NCBI RefSeq assembly: GCF_000020025.1
Contig: NC_010628.1
Coordinates: 3,990,001-4,022,000, forward strand
From: Nostoc punctiforme PCC 73102
Lineage (GTDB): Bacteria > Cyanobacteriota > Cyanobacteriia > Cyanobacteriales > Nostocaceae
DNA length: 32,000 nucleotides
Direction: 5' to 3'
The notes beneath the pieces are model-generated. The model saw only the letters and a program-made list of their open reading frames with translations, had not been told where the DNA came from and did not search any database. Both the position numbers and the translations under genes were made by a program. Shown piece after piece: positions 1 to 8,477 of the stretch (position 1 is the first letter of the stretch; each line of letters opens with the position of its first letter).

Positions 1-2502
1 ATAGACAACAGAGGCTAATCCTGTAGCGCCTCCCATCCCCATCTGTTTGATTAAAGCCTGTTCGAGTTCGGGATCTCGTTCCTGAAGACCTTTGCGTAAA
101 GACTGTAAAGTTCCTAATGCTAAATCGCCAAATTCAGCTTTGTTTGTAACTGATGCTAATGCTGCTAAAAATAAAGATACGCCGCAATAACCATTATAAA
201 GATTATGGGCTATTGGTCGCAGTTGAAAATACTGCCCCTGAAAATCGTATGTCATCCCCAGCCAAGCAACAGTATTATTACTCCCATAAATAGCTCGCTG
301 CTTAATTTCTTGGGCGATTTCTATTACCCGATCCAAAATAGCTTCTTCACTCAAATGAATTATTTCGTCGAGGTTTGGAGTAGTGTTTGGTAAATTTGAT
401 AGGTCTAATTTCTCAAAAGTCTGACTTGAGTAAAACGAACTCAGAATAATACTAACTTGCTCGGCTAAATTAACATCATTTAGTTCTTTCAAGCGAGTAA
501 TTACATCATTGTAACTAGAAGTTTCAACAAATTTATCAATGGTTGTGTCTGAGTTGATAATAATTGCATTACTATCTGAATAAGCACTAATATAAGGAAT
601 ATCAAGCTGTTCTAGAGCTTGTTTTTCTGGTGCTAGCATTGGCCAAGAAGAATGTTTATCCTTTAAAGAAGTAAAACCTACAGCCAAAACATCTAACTCA
701 ATACTGCGGTCTGCTCCATCTCGAAGATATTTAGGATGCAAGGAATTCTGTAAAAGCGTCGAATAAAGTTGAGTGCTGCGAAGCACAAGACGGACTTTTT
801 GACCAGTAAATGCCGCTATGGGACTATCAGGTGCTAAGAGCGCTTTTTGATGTTGGATGAAAAACTGGTACATTTGTTTAAAGCCAGCAATTAATTCTTC
901 TACATGCTTGCTTAAGGATGTATCCAGATTTTCTCCAAAGGGTTGATTATTGTTTTCTGATAGTAGATTGCATTCTTCTTCGCCTCTGGTCATACTATCT
1001 GTATTAATATCTACCCATTTTTGCATTCTGGCAACGATTTGTTTATCGTTAAAATCTCCCAGTCCACAAAAATCAAGATTTACTAAATCATTAGTTTGTT
1101 TATAGTTAAATACCCTCACTCCTGGTAAAAGAGCAGTAGCGATAACTGAATCAAAAAGTTTTTCATTTGCTATTAATATAGCTTCAGGACTGTCTTCTCT
1201 CATCCAAAGACCGTGATGGAAGAGTGTTTCTAAATCTACTAAAACTGGTTGTTCTCCACAAGCAATTAAGTTTTCACAATGACAGTCTGTTCCTTTCAAT
1301 GTGTAGACTATAGCCAAGATCATCCCAGCCCGTTGATAATAATCTTTGACTACCTGTTGGTTTTCACATGGTAATGGGTTCACGAATTCTATCCAACCGT
1401 GACTAGAACAGTTGATAATCTTGAGGGTTTTGAGAGGTAGAGCAATCCCTCGTTGATTTATCCAAGAAATAAATTCAAAATAAGCCTGTTCTAAACCAAG
1501 GTTTTTCGGCTTGTAAACTAGTTTTAAGTTTGAGGTAAACTTGATAATGATTACCGAGCGTCCGCAATTGTGTGGATCGGAAAACGATGACTTGATATCA
1601 ACGACTTGTCCTAGTTCTCGATCGCTTTGAAAGGTTTGCTGAATTTCATCCCAGTCTGAAGCTAATCTGAGAATAAAATCTGCGGTAGCTTCAATCCAAA
1701 AGTCTGTAGCGATCGCTGCTAATCGAGCTAGTACGCTGTATTCTTGAAAGAATGCCAGCAAACCGTCGCTCAGTAAGCCTTTAACAAACTCTACATACTG
1801 CTTTCTAGAAGAATTACCTTGCAGTTGTCCGATTAAACGGACTAACTGAGAGCTTTTGTAAGCACGAGAAATTGAGAATTCTAAATCCAAGGACTCGACA
1901 AACAATTCTGTTAGTTGTTTTAACAAACTTCGTCCTATTTGGATGCTAGCAGCCTGTGATAAAAGTTGGTAGCTAGAGCCTACCCGCTCGATTAATTTCT
2001 GTTTTGCTACCTCAACAAATGGTAAACAAATCTCTTCAAAAGGTAATGGTTCTTCAGGATCTAAATATTGGTATTGTTGCTGCTTGTCTTGAGAAAAAAC
2101 GTCCTCAGCTATGGAGCCAGCAATTTCCATTGCTTTTTGCAAAGTGTCTGTCCAACTAGGTAAATATTGTGTATCTGCTAAAGCAACACTACCTAATGCA
2201 AAGCGAACTGAATCTATCTCTAGATTATCCCAACTTAAGCGCTTGATAAAGCTTTCTTGGTCGCCTTTAGCAACTATCTGACACCATCTTTCCAATCGGG
2301 AACCAATGACATAATGCTCTTTGTCTAATTTATTAGGAATAAAAGTTTTGCCGAGGCGCTCTGAAATTGTACTAGCTTTCTCGACAATTTTAATCAAATT
2401 ATATTCAGATATTTTACAGGGTAATCGGTCTAGTTTTACTAGCAATGTTGAAGTGCGATCGCTAGATATATTTAATTCTGGCGTTGCTATTTCATTGAGC
2501 AT
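1..2502 (-). CDS. lanM: Class II lanthipeptide synthetase (LanM-type). About 834 N-terminal codons are in the window; the C-terminal cyclase domain runs off the left edge.
   Basis: A minus-strand frame is open from ATG 2502..2500 to position 1. Alternative in-frame ATGs lie at 2544 and 2568, and the upstream stop is at 2590-2592. It is absent from the ORF track, presumably because it is truncated. My translation begins MLNEIATPELN... It contains the LanM dehydratase active-site block 'GTDCHCENLIACGEQPVLVDLETLFHH' and the onset of a LanC-like domain, 'WLGMTYDF...NLYNGYCGVSLFLAALA'. Confidence 0.85.
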   Translation of the reverse strand, partial: MLNEIATPELNISSDRTSTLLVKLDRLPCKISEYNLIKIVEKASTISERLGKTFIPNKLDKEHYVIGSRLERWCQIVAKGDQESFIKRLSWDNLEIDSVRFALGSVALADTQYLPSWTDTLQKAMEIAGSIAEDVFSQDKQQQYQYLDPEEPLPFEEICLPFVEVAKQKLIERVGSSYQLLSQAASIQIGRSLLKQLTELFVESLDLEFSISRAYKSSQLVRLIGQLQGNSSRKQYVEFVKGLLSDGLLAFFQEYSVLARLAAIATDFWIEATADFILRLASDWDEIQQTFQSDRELGQVVDIKSSFSDPHNCGRSVIIIKFTSNLKLVYKPKNLGLEQAYFEFISWINQRGIALPLKTLKIINCSSHGWIEFVNPLPCENQQVVKDYYQRAGMILAIVYTLKGTDCHCENLIACGEQPVLVDLETLFHHGLWMREDSPEAILIANEKLFDSVIATALLPGVRVFNYKQTNDLVNLDFCGLGDFNDKQIVARMQKWVDINTDSMTRGEEECNLLSENNNQPFGENLDTSLSKHVEELIAGFKQMYQFFIQHQKALLAPDSPIAAFTGQKVRLVLRSTQLYSTLLQNSLHPKYLRDGADRSIELDVLAVGFTSLKDKHSSWPMLAPEKQALEQLDIPYISAYSDSNAIIINSDTTIDKFVETSSYNDVITRLKELNDVNLAEQVSIILSSFYSSQTFEKLDLSNLPNTTPNLDEIIHLSEEAILDRVIEIAQEIKQRAIYGSNNTVAWLGMTYDFQGQYFQLRPIAHNLYNGYCGVSLFLAALASVTNKAEFGDLALGTLQSLRKGLQERDPELEQALIKQMGMGGATGLASVVY

Positions 2503-2799
2503 ATTTATATGACCGAATAAGGAAAAAGTTAAAAGGTGAGCCATTGCGGTGGACGGGTTCCCCGGCATAAAGCATAAGGCGTTAGCGACCTAGAAGCGTC
2601 ATCCGAAAGGCAAAAGAAAGAAAAAGAAAAATGGTTTGAATGCGAACAGCTTTGCCGCAGTCTAGCCCCTACATTTATGTATGAAACGAAGTCAAAATAT
2701 CTGTTTCAAGACACGATATGCTTTGAAACAATACGTCCTTATCAATCAAATCCCCTAAATTTATTTATGGGGATTATCTTTTTAGTTTTTACTTCTTAA

Positions 2800-3927
2800 T
2801 TACTCGTACTTATAGACTACTTTGCCAAATCTATCTTTTGCGTTATAGGTTCGCTCGAAGAAACCTTCTATATCTTTGCCAGTAAAAACAGAGTCAATTA
2901 CTACATTTAAATGGCCTAAAGCATAGTCTTGAATAGCATTTTTGAGGTCTTCGGTTAAACCAAGACAATTACCAATAATTTGAAGATTTTTGGTCATAAC
3001 CGATCCCATAATGTGGTTAGTATTTAATGAAAATGGAGTAAAGCTTTGATTAATTAATTCAAAGTATTGATCGTATAGTCCACAGGTTATGTACTTCGCT
3101 CCGATCTTCATTAGTTCAACGGACTGTCCTAAATAGAGATCGAAAAAGGGATCGAATACACAATCAAATCCGCCTGTTTCTGCAACGATGTTTTGAATTG
3201 ACTGATTTTCTAGTAAACTGTTAGGTTTTGACTCGACTAGAATCACCTTTTTGACTCCCATCGCTCTGAGTTCTTCCTCAAAAAGCCTTGAGGTACTTGT
3301 GGCATAAATATTCACGTCGTACTTTTTCAAGGCATTAATTACAAACAAGGAAGTATTAGATTTAGCTGCGGTAACTAAAATATTAGAGCCTTTTGTTGGA
3401 TTAAACTTGCGAACGATGCTGTAGCTTGTTTGCCCTCCAATACTAAAAGCAGCAGCAATTTCATCTGACATTTCTAGAGGTATTTTTATTAACTTGGCTT
3501 GATGAAATACCTGATATTCTTTTGAGGCGTGGTTGCTAGGTATGCCAGGAAATGCCTCTAGTGCGTCTGATTCTGGATAGGCATTATTAGCAATAACTCT
3601 ATCGCCAACTTTTAATTCTGTTACTTCCGAACCAGTAGCAATAACTTCGCCAACAAAATCTGAACCAACGACATAAAACGTATTTTCAGGTGCTTGTTTA
3701 GTGATTCTAAAAATAATACTCTTGTCGCGGTAATTACAGGAAAAAGCTTTTTTCTTAACTAAGACTTTAAATCGATTGCTTACGGCATTTCGATCAAAAT
3801 AAATATTTTCGGTACGAAGCAAGCCACAACGAACAAGAATACCATTCATATCTATGGTTTTTACGGAATCTTGTCCAAGGATTAAATTTTCAACTTCGTT
3901 ACTGCAAATTGCAATATTTCTCATCAT
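2800..3927 (-). CDS. lanJ: MDR-superfamily NAD(P)H oxidoreductase; candidate LanJA-type dehydroalanine/dehydrobutyrine reductase
   Basis: 375-aa ORF. It has an ADH_N-like block 'GSDFVGEVIATGSEVTELKVGDRVIANN' and a Rossmann-like segment 'GSNILVTAAKSNTSLFVINALKKYDVNIYATS'. It lies between the precursor array and lanM on the same strand. The reductase role is inferred from that context. Confidence 0.6.
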   Translation of the reverse strand: MMRNIAICSNEVENLILGQDSVKTIDMNGILVRCGLLRTENIYFDRNAVSNRFKVLVKKKAFSCNYRDKSIIFRITKQAPENTFYVVGSDFVGEVIATGSEVTELKVGDRVIANNAYPESDALEAFPGIPSNHASKEYQVFHQAKLIKIPLEMSDEIAAAFSIGGQTSYSIVRKFNPTKGSNILVTAAKSNTSLFVINALKKYDVNIYATSTSRLFEEELRAMGVKKVILVESKPNSLLENQSIQNIVAETGGFDCVFDPFFDLYLGQSVELMKIGAKYITCGLYDQYFELINQSFTPFSLNTNHIMGSVMTKNLQIIGNCLGLTEDLKNAIQDYALGHLNVVIDSVFTGKDIEGFFERTYNAKDRFGKVVYKYE

Positions 3928-4044
3928 AATTTATCATTAGAATCTATTTCAAAATTAGCCAATTATAGTTTCTAGAATGGCAATTCAATAATTCTGGAAG
4001 AAACTCTCCCCCAACCCTACCAAGGGCTAGGGGGTTAGAGTTTT

Positions 4045-4413
4045 CTATCTTCTAATTTGGTGACTCGCTAAATAACTAACACTTACTAGAAGCCCGCTCA
4101 AAGCTGAACTGATGAGTTTGGGATTACCTATTACAGCAGATATACCACCTCCAGCGATTGCCTGTAGTTGTTCTTCAGACAACTCTTGCATTATTGCTGT
4201 CGGACTTAAAGGGAGTACGAAGTATAAAGAAGTAGGATTTTCTTGCAGTACTTGCACAGTTACATCAGCAGGAAATTCCACTCCAAATTCCCGCTCAATT
4301 ACAGCTTTGGAATTGGTTAATAATTCTTGCTTGTAAGATTCATCTTTCCAAGCTTTGGCGATGATGCGGGCTTCGATGTCTTGGCGTGTTTGTGCTTGTT
4401 CTTGTTCGCTCAT
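4045..4413 (-). CDS. NHLP-leader RiPP precursor. Core: GISAVIGNPKLISSALSGLLVSVSYLASHQIRR
   Basis: The nitrile-hydratase-like leader 'MSEQEQAQTRQDIEARIIAKAWKDESYKQELLTNSKAVIEREFGVEFPADV...ELSEEQLQAIAGG' ends in a double-glycine motif. I moved the start from 4449 to ATG 4413 because an AGGAGA Shine-Dalgarno lies 8 nt upstream, as in the paralogs. The core has 7 Ser and no Cys. Confidence 0.85.
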   Translation of the reverse strand: MSEQEQAQTRQDIEARIIAKAWKDESYKQELLTNSKAVIEREFGVEFPADVTVQVLQENPTSLYFVLPLSPTAIMQELSEEQLQAIAGGGISAVIGNPKLISSALSGLLVSVSYLASHQIRR

Positions 4414-4470
4414 GTTCTGAATCTCCTGAGAATTAAAGTTTATGAACACAAATCCGATCGGATTGCCATA

Positions 4471-4875
4471 TTAGAGATGTACGCTTGAAGCGCCTATAGA
4501 GGCTCCAGTGACTAAGGCTGTTACTGAGACAGCAGCTCTCGTGATTATATTTGTGTTTTGTTTAACGGTATTTTTGACAATCGCTACGGTCACGGCCGAA
4601 TAATTTACACCAGCAGCGAGCGCTAGTAATTCCTCTTCAGATAATTCTTGGGCGATTGCTACCGGACTAATTGGTAGTACAAAATGCAAAGAGGTAGGAT
4701 TCTCTTCAAGGACTTGCACGTTAACATCAGCAGGAAATTCCACTCCAAATTCCCGCTCAATTACAGCTTTGGGATTGGTTAATAACTCTTGTTTGTATGC
4801 TTCATCTTTCCAAGCTTTGGCGATGATGCGGGCTTCGATATCTTGGCGTGTTTGCGCTTGTTCTTGTTGAGTCAT
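4471..4875 (-). CDS. NHLP-leader RiPP precursor. Core: VNYSAVTVAIVKNTVKQNTNIITRAAVSVTALVTGASIGASSVHL
   Basis: The NHLP leader is nearly identical to its neighbours. The cleavage motif is the variant 'LALAAG'. The core has 11 Ser/Thr and no Cys, and it shares the C-terminal 'GASIGASSVHL' with the 5391..5786 product. Confidence 0.85.
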   Translation of the reverse strand: MTQQEQAQTRQDIEARIIAKAWKDEAYKQELLTNPKAVIEREFGVEFPADVNVQVLEENPTSLHFVLPISPVAIAQELSEEELLALAAGVNYSAVTVAIVKNTVKQNTNIITRAAVSVTALVTGASIGASSVHL

Positions 4876-4938
4876 GTTCTAAATATCCTGAGAATTAAAG
4901 TTTATGGACAAAAATCTCATCAAATATCGGCTTAGATA

Positions 4939-4960
4939 TCGCTTGTTCTTGTTCACTCAT
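4939..4960 (-). pseudogene. Orphan 5' fragment of an NHLP precursor gene (MSEQEQA...)
   Basis: 'tcgcttgttcttgttcactcat' matches the first 22 nt of the intact genes ('gcgcttgttcttgttcgctcat') at 20/22. It lacks the upstream AGGAG, and the frame diverges immediately into a short unrelated tail. Confidence 0.35.
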
Positions 4961-4976
4961 ATAAACTTTGAGACAA

Positions 4977-5333
4977 CTATTTTGTGAGTCTCTTTAATGT
5001 GTCAACAAGAGTGATTGCTAATCCGACTGATAATGCTCCTTTCGCAAGTTCTACTCGCCAGTCTTTACCCCCTGCGATCGCTTCGAGTTGCTCTTCAGAT
5101 AATTCTTGGGCGATCGCTACTGGACTAATTGGTAGTACAAAATGCAAAGAGGTAGGATTCTCTTCAAGGACTTGCACGTTAACATCAGCAGGAAATTCCA
5201 CTCCAAATTCCCGCTCAATTACAGCTTTGGGATTGGTTACTAACTCTTGCTTGTACGCTTCATCTTTCCAAGCTTTGGCGATGATGCGGGCTTCGATGTC
5301 TTGGCGCGTTTGCGCTTGTTCTTGTTCGCTCAT
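4977..5333 (-). CDS. NHLP-leader RiPP precursor. Core: KDWRVELAKGALSVGLAITLVDTLKRLTK
   Basis: NHLP leader ending 'ELSEEQLEAIAGG'. The core is Cys-free and amphipathic with a cationic C-terminus. Confidence 0.85.
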   Translation of the reverse strand: MSEQEQAQTRQDIEARIIAKAWKDEAYKQELVTNPKAVIEREFGVEFPADVNVQVLEENPTSLHFVLPISPVAIAQELSEEQLEAIAGGKDWRVELAKGALSVGLAITLVDTLKRLTK

Positions 5334-5390
5334 GTTCTAAATCTCCTGATAATTAAAGTTTATGAATACAAATCCGATCGGATTGCTATA

Positions 5391-5786
5391 TTAGAGATGT
5401 ACGCTTGAAGCGCCTATAGAGGCTCCACTGATTAAGGCTGTTGCTGAGACAGCTGCTCTGGTTGTTTTGTAGTTTTTAACAAGGTTTGCTGATATTTTTG
5501 TTAGCTCTTTTATTTGACCACCAGCAGCGATCGCTAGTAATTCCTCTTCAGATAACTCCTGCGCGATTGTTACTGGACTAATTGGTAGTACAAAATGCAA
5601 AGAGGTAGGATTCTCTTCAAGGACTTGCACGTTAACATCAGCAGGAAATTCCACTCCAAATTCCCGTTCAATTACAGCTTTGGGATTGGTTAATAATTCT
5701 TGTTTGTATACTTCATCTTTCCAGGCTTTGGCGATGATGCGGGCTTCGATGTCTTGGCGAGTTTGCGCTTGTTCTTGTTCGCTCAT
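5391..5786 (-). CDS. NHLP-leader RiPP precursor. Core: QIKELTKISANLVKNYKTTRAAVSATALISGASIGASSVHL
   Basis: NHLP leader ending 'ELSEEELLAIAAGG'. The Cys-free core is paralogous to the 4471..4875 core. Confidence 0.85.
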   Translation of the reverse strand: MSEQEQAQTRQDIEARIIAKAWKDEVYKQELLTNPKAVIEREFGVEFPADVNVQVLEENPTSLHFVLPISPVTIAQELSEEELLAIAAGGQIKELTKISANLVKNYKTTRAAVSATALISGASIGASSVHL

Positions 5787-5889
5787 TTATCTTTCTCCTT
5801 TGTGAATTTTGTAGTTAGTGATACTTGACTTTCAAAGTTAAGATAACTCTGAGGTTTTTAGGATTGAAACCACTTAAAGCTGTCAGCCT

Positions 5890-6246
5890 TTATCTAAGTG
5901 TTTTCACAAGTGAGTGTCGTATGGGCAAAATGGGATTTATTTTTGCGGATGCGTTTGCAGATGCGAGAGTTGTCATATAACCACCAGCGATCGCTTCTAG
6001 TTGCTCTTCAGATAATTCTTGAGCGATCGCTACTGGACTAATTGGCAGTACAAAATACAAAGAAGTGGAATTCTCTTCTAGGACTTGTACGCTAACTTCA
6101 GCAGGGAATTCCACTCCAAATTCCCGCTCGATTATAGCTTTGGGATTGGTAAGCAATTCTTGTTTATACCCTTCATCTTTCCAGGCTTTGGCAACAATCC
6201 GGGCTTCGATGTTTTTGCGAGTTTGCGCTTGTTCTTGTTCGCTCAT
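5890..6246 (-). CDS. NHLP-leader RiPP precursor. Core: YMTTLASANASAKINPILPIRHSLVKTLR
   Basis: NHLP leader (MSEQEQAQTRKNIEARIVAKAWKDEGYKQELL...) ending 'EAIAGG'. Cys-free core. Confidence 0.85.
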   Translation of the reverse strand: MSEQEQAQTRKNIEARIVAKAWKDEGYKQELLTNPKAIIEREFGVEFPAEVSVQVLEENSTSLYFVLPISPVAIAQELSEEQLEAIAGGYMTTLASANASAKINPILPIRHSLVKTLR

Positions 6247-6265
6247 TTTCCTACAATATTTAAAC

Positions 6266-6619
6266 TTACTTTTTAGTTAATTTTTTCGTAGCTTTTACGA
6301 TATCCCCTGTAAAAGGTGTTACTCCTACAGCAATCGTAATTAGCCCACCTATAAAGCCTCCAGCAACCGACTCAAGTTCTTCTTCAGATAACTCTCGTCC
6401 TTCTATTTGCGGCAGAATTGGGAGGACGAAGTACAAAGAAGTGGAATTTTCTTCGTATACAGACACATTCAATTCAGCAGGTAATTCTACTCCAAATTCT
6501 TGCTCAATGATGGGTTTGGGATTGGTTAAAAGCTCTTGCTTAAAAGCTTCATTTTTCCAAGCTTTGGCGATAATTCGGGATTCGATGTCTTTACGAGTTT
6601 GCGCTTGTTGTTCGCTCAT
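6266..6619 (-). CDS. NHLP-leader RiPP precursor, the most diverged leader. Core: FIGGLITIAVGVTPFTGDIVKATKKLTKK
   Basis: Leader 'MSEQQAQTRKDIESRIIAKAWKNEAFKQELL...ELSEEELESVAGG'. Cys-free core. It is the first gene of the minus-strand array. Confidence 0.85.
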   Translation of the reverse strand: MSEQQAQTRKDIESRIIAKAWKNEAFKQELLTNPKPIIEQEFGVELPAELNVSVYEENSTSLYFVLPILPQIEGRELSEEELESVAGGFIGGLITIAVGVTPFTGDIVKATKKLTKK

Positions 6620-7007
6620 ATTACCTTACCTTGAATTACGGTTTATTGGTATTGTCTCTGTGTCAAATACCTGAGAGATAAACTGGTTTTTTTCTCACCC
6701 CTGTAGTTAATCATGGGTTGAATTCAATTTCAATTAACAATTTTTAGTTAAAACTCATCTTTTTTCGTTTCATTTTTTTTAGGACAGAAAGAAAAAACTA
6801 CCTATAGAGGTCAAATGCAAATAACTAGCCATAGCATAGTTGTATTTTGCCCTTAGCGATCGTTAGCATTGATAAAATCCACATATAGAATCTAAAAAAA
6901 AGTTACTCTGAAATTAAAAAAGTGTAATTTGTTGACAACGGCGCTCTGAAAAGTGGTAACTTACAGAAAAGTTTTAATTTAATAATGAAACAAAGTATAT
7001 ATGCAAG

Positions 7008-8459
7008 ATGCAGTCTAAATTCATCAACTTAAATCGCTTACTTCAATTCTTAAATCCTTTGGCGTGGTCGATTACCGTAAAGCTCTCAATAGCCTTTCTA
7101 TCAATAGCGATTTTACCTATGAGCTTTGTTGGTTATTACAATCTCAAAATGAGTACAGAAAGTATTGAAAATAGTGAATACTACAAGTTGCAACTGATTG
7201 CCACGAGTAAAGCCAATCGCCTCGATCAGTTGATTATCGATAATCAAAACACTATCAAAAATATAGCTACAGACTCTAGAGTGGGAAATTTTGTTAAGGC
7301 TGCACCTCTAAATCGGGAAAATTCCCGTTCGGAAGCGCAAAAAGTATTACAGAGAGTTGCTAACACTCACCCTAATTACGATCTTGTTTACCTTATAGAT
7401 AAAAACGGTATATGTATAGCTGCTACAGAACTTTCTTTAATTGGACGGAACTACGCTTTTCGAGAGTATTTTCAACGAGCGATCGCCGGGGATGCTTTTG
7501 TTTCTAGTATCTTAATTGGTGTGACAACCAAACGAGAGGGTGTATTCTTTACTTATCCCGTATATTCTGAAAGTGGCGAAGTTTTGGGAGTAGCAGCAAT
7601 AAAAATTACGGCAGCAGATATTTGGGCTGTGATCAACTCGGTAAATGAATCTAATATTACTTCTTTTCTGGTTGACGAACAAGGAATTATCATTAGTCAC
7701 TCTAATCGAGAGTATCTCTACAATAGCCTAATACCTTTACTGCAAGACAGCCAGAAAAAGATTGCCGCCGAAAAGCGTTATGGTCGCGATGTGATTAAAA
7801 GCTTAAATATTCCAGAGTTGAAAGTGATGCTCAATCCTGAAACATCGGGGCATACTAGCTATTACTCACCGATAGAAAAGAATTACCAGATAGTTGGTTA
7901 TGCTCCTCTACAAACTCAATCGTGGGTCGTGGGGGTTAGCAAACCCAGAGTGATATTCATGGCTCCGATAAATCTTCTCTTCGAGCAAAATATCACCTTT
8001 GTTTTGGGAGCAGGAGCGATCGCAACAATTGTTGCGCTCACATTATCTCGAACTATTAGTAAACCTATTAATATTTTAATAGCTGCATCTCGAAGTTTAG
8101 AGCAAGGAGATTTTATTCACCATGAATCTAATTTATACAGAAATTTGCTCAAGACTTCTCGCACTCAAGATGATATGGGTCAATTGGTACGGGTATTTAT
8201 GAAAATGGCAGAAGAAGTGAGAGTGCGAGAGCAAAAAATGGAACTTCAGATGCAAGAACTACGCATTGAAATTGATGAAACTAAAAAAGCTAATCAGGTA
8301 GCTGAAATTACCGGAACACAATATTTTCAAGAACTCCAATACAAGGCAAAAAAACTGAGAAATAGAGCAGAAGTTAGAGATAAAACTCCAATAGATTATT
8401 TACATAATTTGCAAAAGAAAGTGCAAGCTCAAAAAGCTCGGTTACAAGTCGGTCGATAA
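7008..8459 (+). CDS. Membrane sensor with a periplasmic Cache-like domain, a HAMP-like linker and a C-terminal coiled coil. No recognisable enzymatic output domain.
   Basis: 483 aa. N-terminal TM helix 'ITVKLSIAFLSIAILPMSFVGYY'. Cache-like blocks 'GRNYAFREYFQRAIAGDAFVSSILIG...GVFFTYPVYSESGEVLGVAAIKI'. Second TM plus HAMP 'FVLGAGAIATIVALTLSRTISKPINILIAASRSLEQGDF'. The tail is charged and heptad-like. Confidence 0.7.
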   Translation: MQSKFINLNRLLQFLNPLAWSITVKLSIAFLSIAILPMSFVGYYNLKMSTESIENSEYYKLQLIATSKANRLDQLIIDNQNTIKNIATDSRVGNFVKAAPLNRENSRSEAQKVLQRVANTHPNYDLVYLIDKNGICIAATELSLIGRNYAFREYFQRAIAGDAFVSSILIGVTTKREGVFFTYPVYSESGEVLGVAAIKITAADIWAVINSVNESNITSFLVDEQGIIISHSNREYLYNSLIPLLQDSQKKIAAEKRYGRDVIKSLNIPELKVMLNPETSGHTSYYSPIEKNYQIVGYAPLQTQSWVVGVSKPRVIFMAPINLLFEQNITFVLGAGAIATIVALTLSRTISKPINILIAASRSLEQGDFIHHESNLYRNLLKTSRTQDDMGQLVRVFMKMAEEVRVREQKMELQMQELRIEIDETKKANQVAEITGTQYFQELQYKAKKLRNRAEVRDKTPIDYLHNLQKKVQAQKARLQVGR

Positions 8460-8477
8460 AATTGGATAGTTGCAGAT

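Noticed and set aside
205-2512. Plus-strand ORFs 205..393 and 2321..2512
   Set aside because: Both lie inside, and antisense to, the long uninterrupted LanM reading frame. Neither has a recognisable motif.
2513-2799. GC-rich insert (about 2539-2612, 'gagccattgcggtggacgggttccccggcataaagcataaggcgttagcgacc...') in the lanJ-lanM spacer, and a similar-flavoured tract at about 19760-19830; both checked for tRNA or structured-RNA features
   Set aside because: There is no cloverleaf, no T-loop/anticodon arrangement and no convincing shared sequence between the two tracts. They are probably dispersed cyanobacterial repeat debris, which I cannot demonstrate from this window alone.
4414-4449. N-terminal extensions given by the ORF track: MFINFNSQEIQN on the 4045 precursor, 19 extra codons at 20758-20814, and 41 extra codons at 21727-21849
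   Set aside because: Paralogs start at the conserved MSEQEQ / MSKE(A/S)V / MSRESV Met, directly behind a conserved AGGAG. The extensions exist only because an upstream stop codon was lost or an alternative start was allowed.
4045-6619. Whether the ~420-500-bp periodic repeat structure could be a CRISPR array or a satellite
   Set aside because: The repeats are about 250-nt protein-coding leaders with RBS and start/stop codons, not 25-40-nt direct repeats with spacers. No cas genes are present.
4045-6619. Lanthionine/methyllanthionine-bridged products, the default expectation for a LanM locus
   Set aside because: None of the six core peptides contains a Cys, so thioether formation is impossible unless an unseen substrate lies outside the window.
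4112-6674. Plus-strand ORFs in the track (4112..4336, 4984..5340, 6065..6280, 6085..6276, 6441..6674) that overlap the NHLP precursor genes
   Set aside because: They are antisense shadows of the repeated leader sequence, and the same 'CSCSSDNS...STPNSRSITALGLV' text recurs because the leader DNA recurs. They have no RBS and low-complexity Ser/Cys-rich translations. The minus-strand genes have clear family signatures and Shine-Dalgarno sites.
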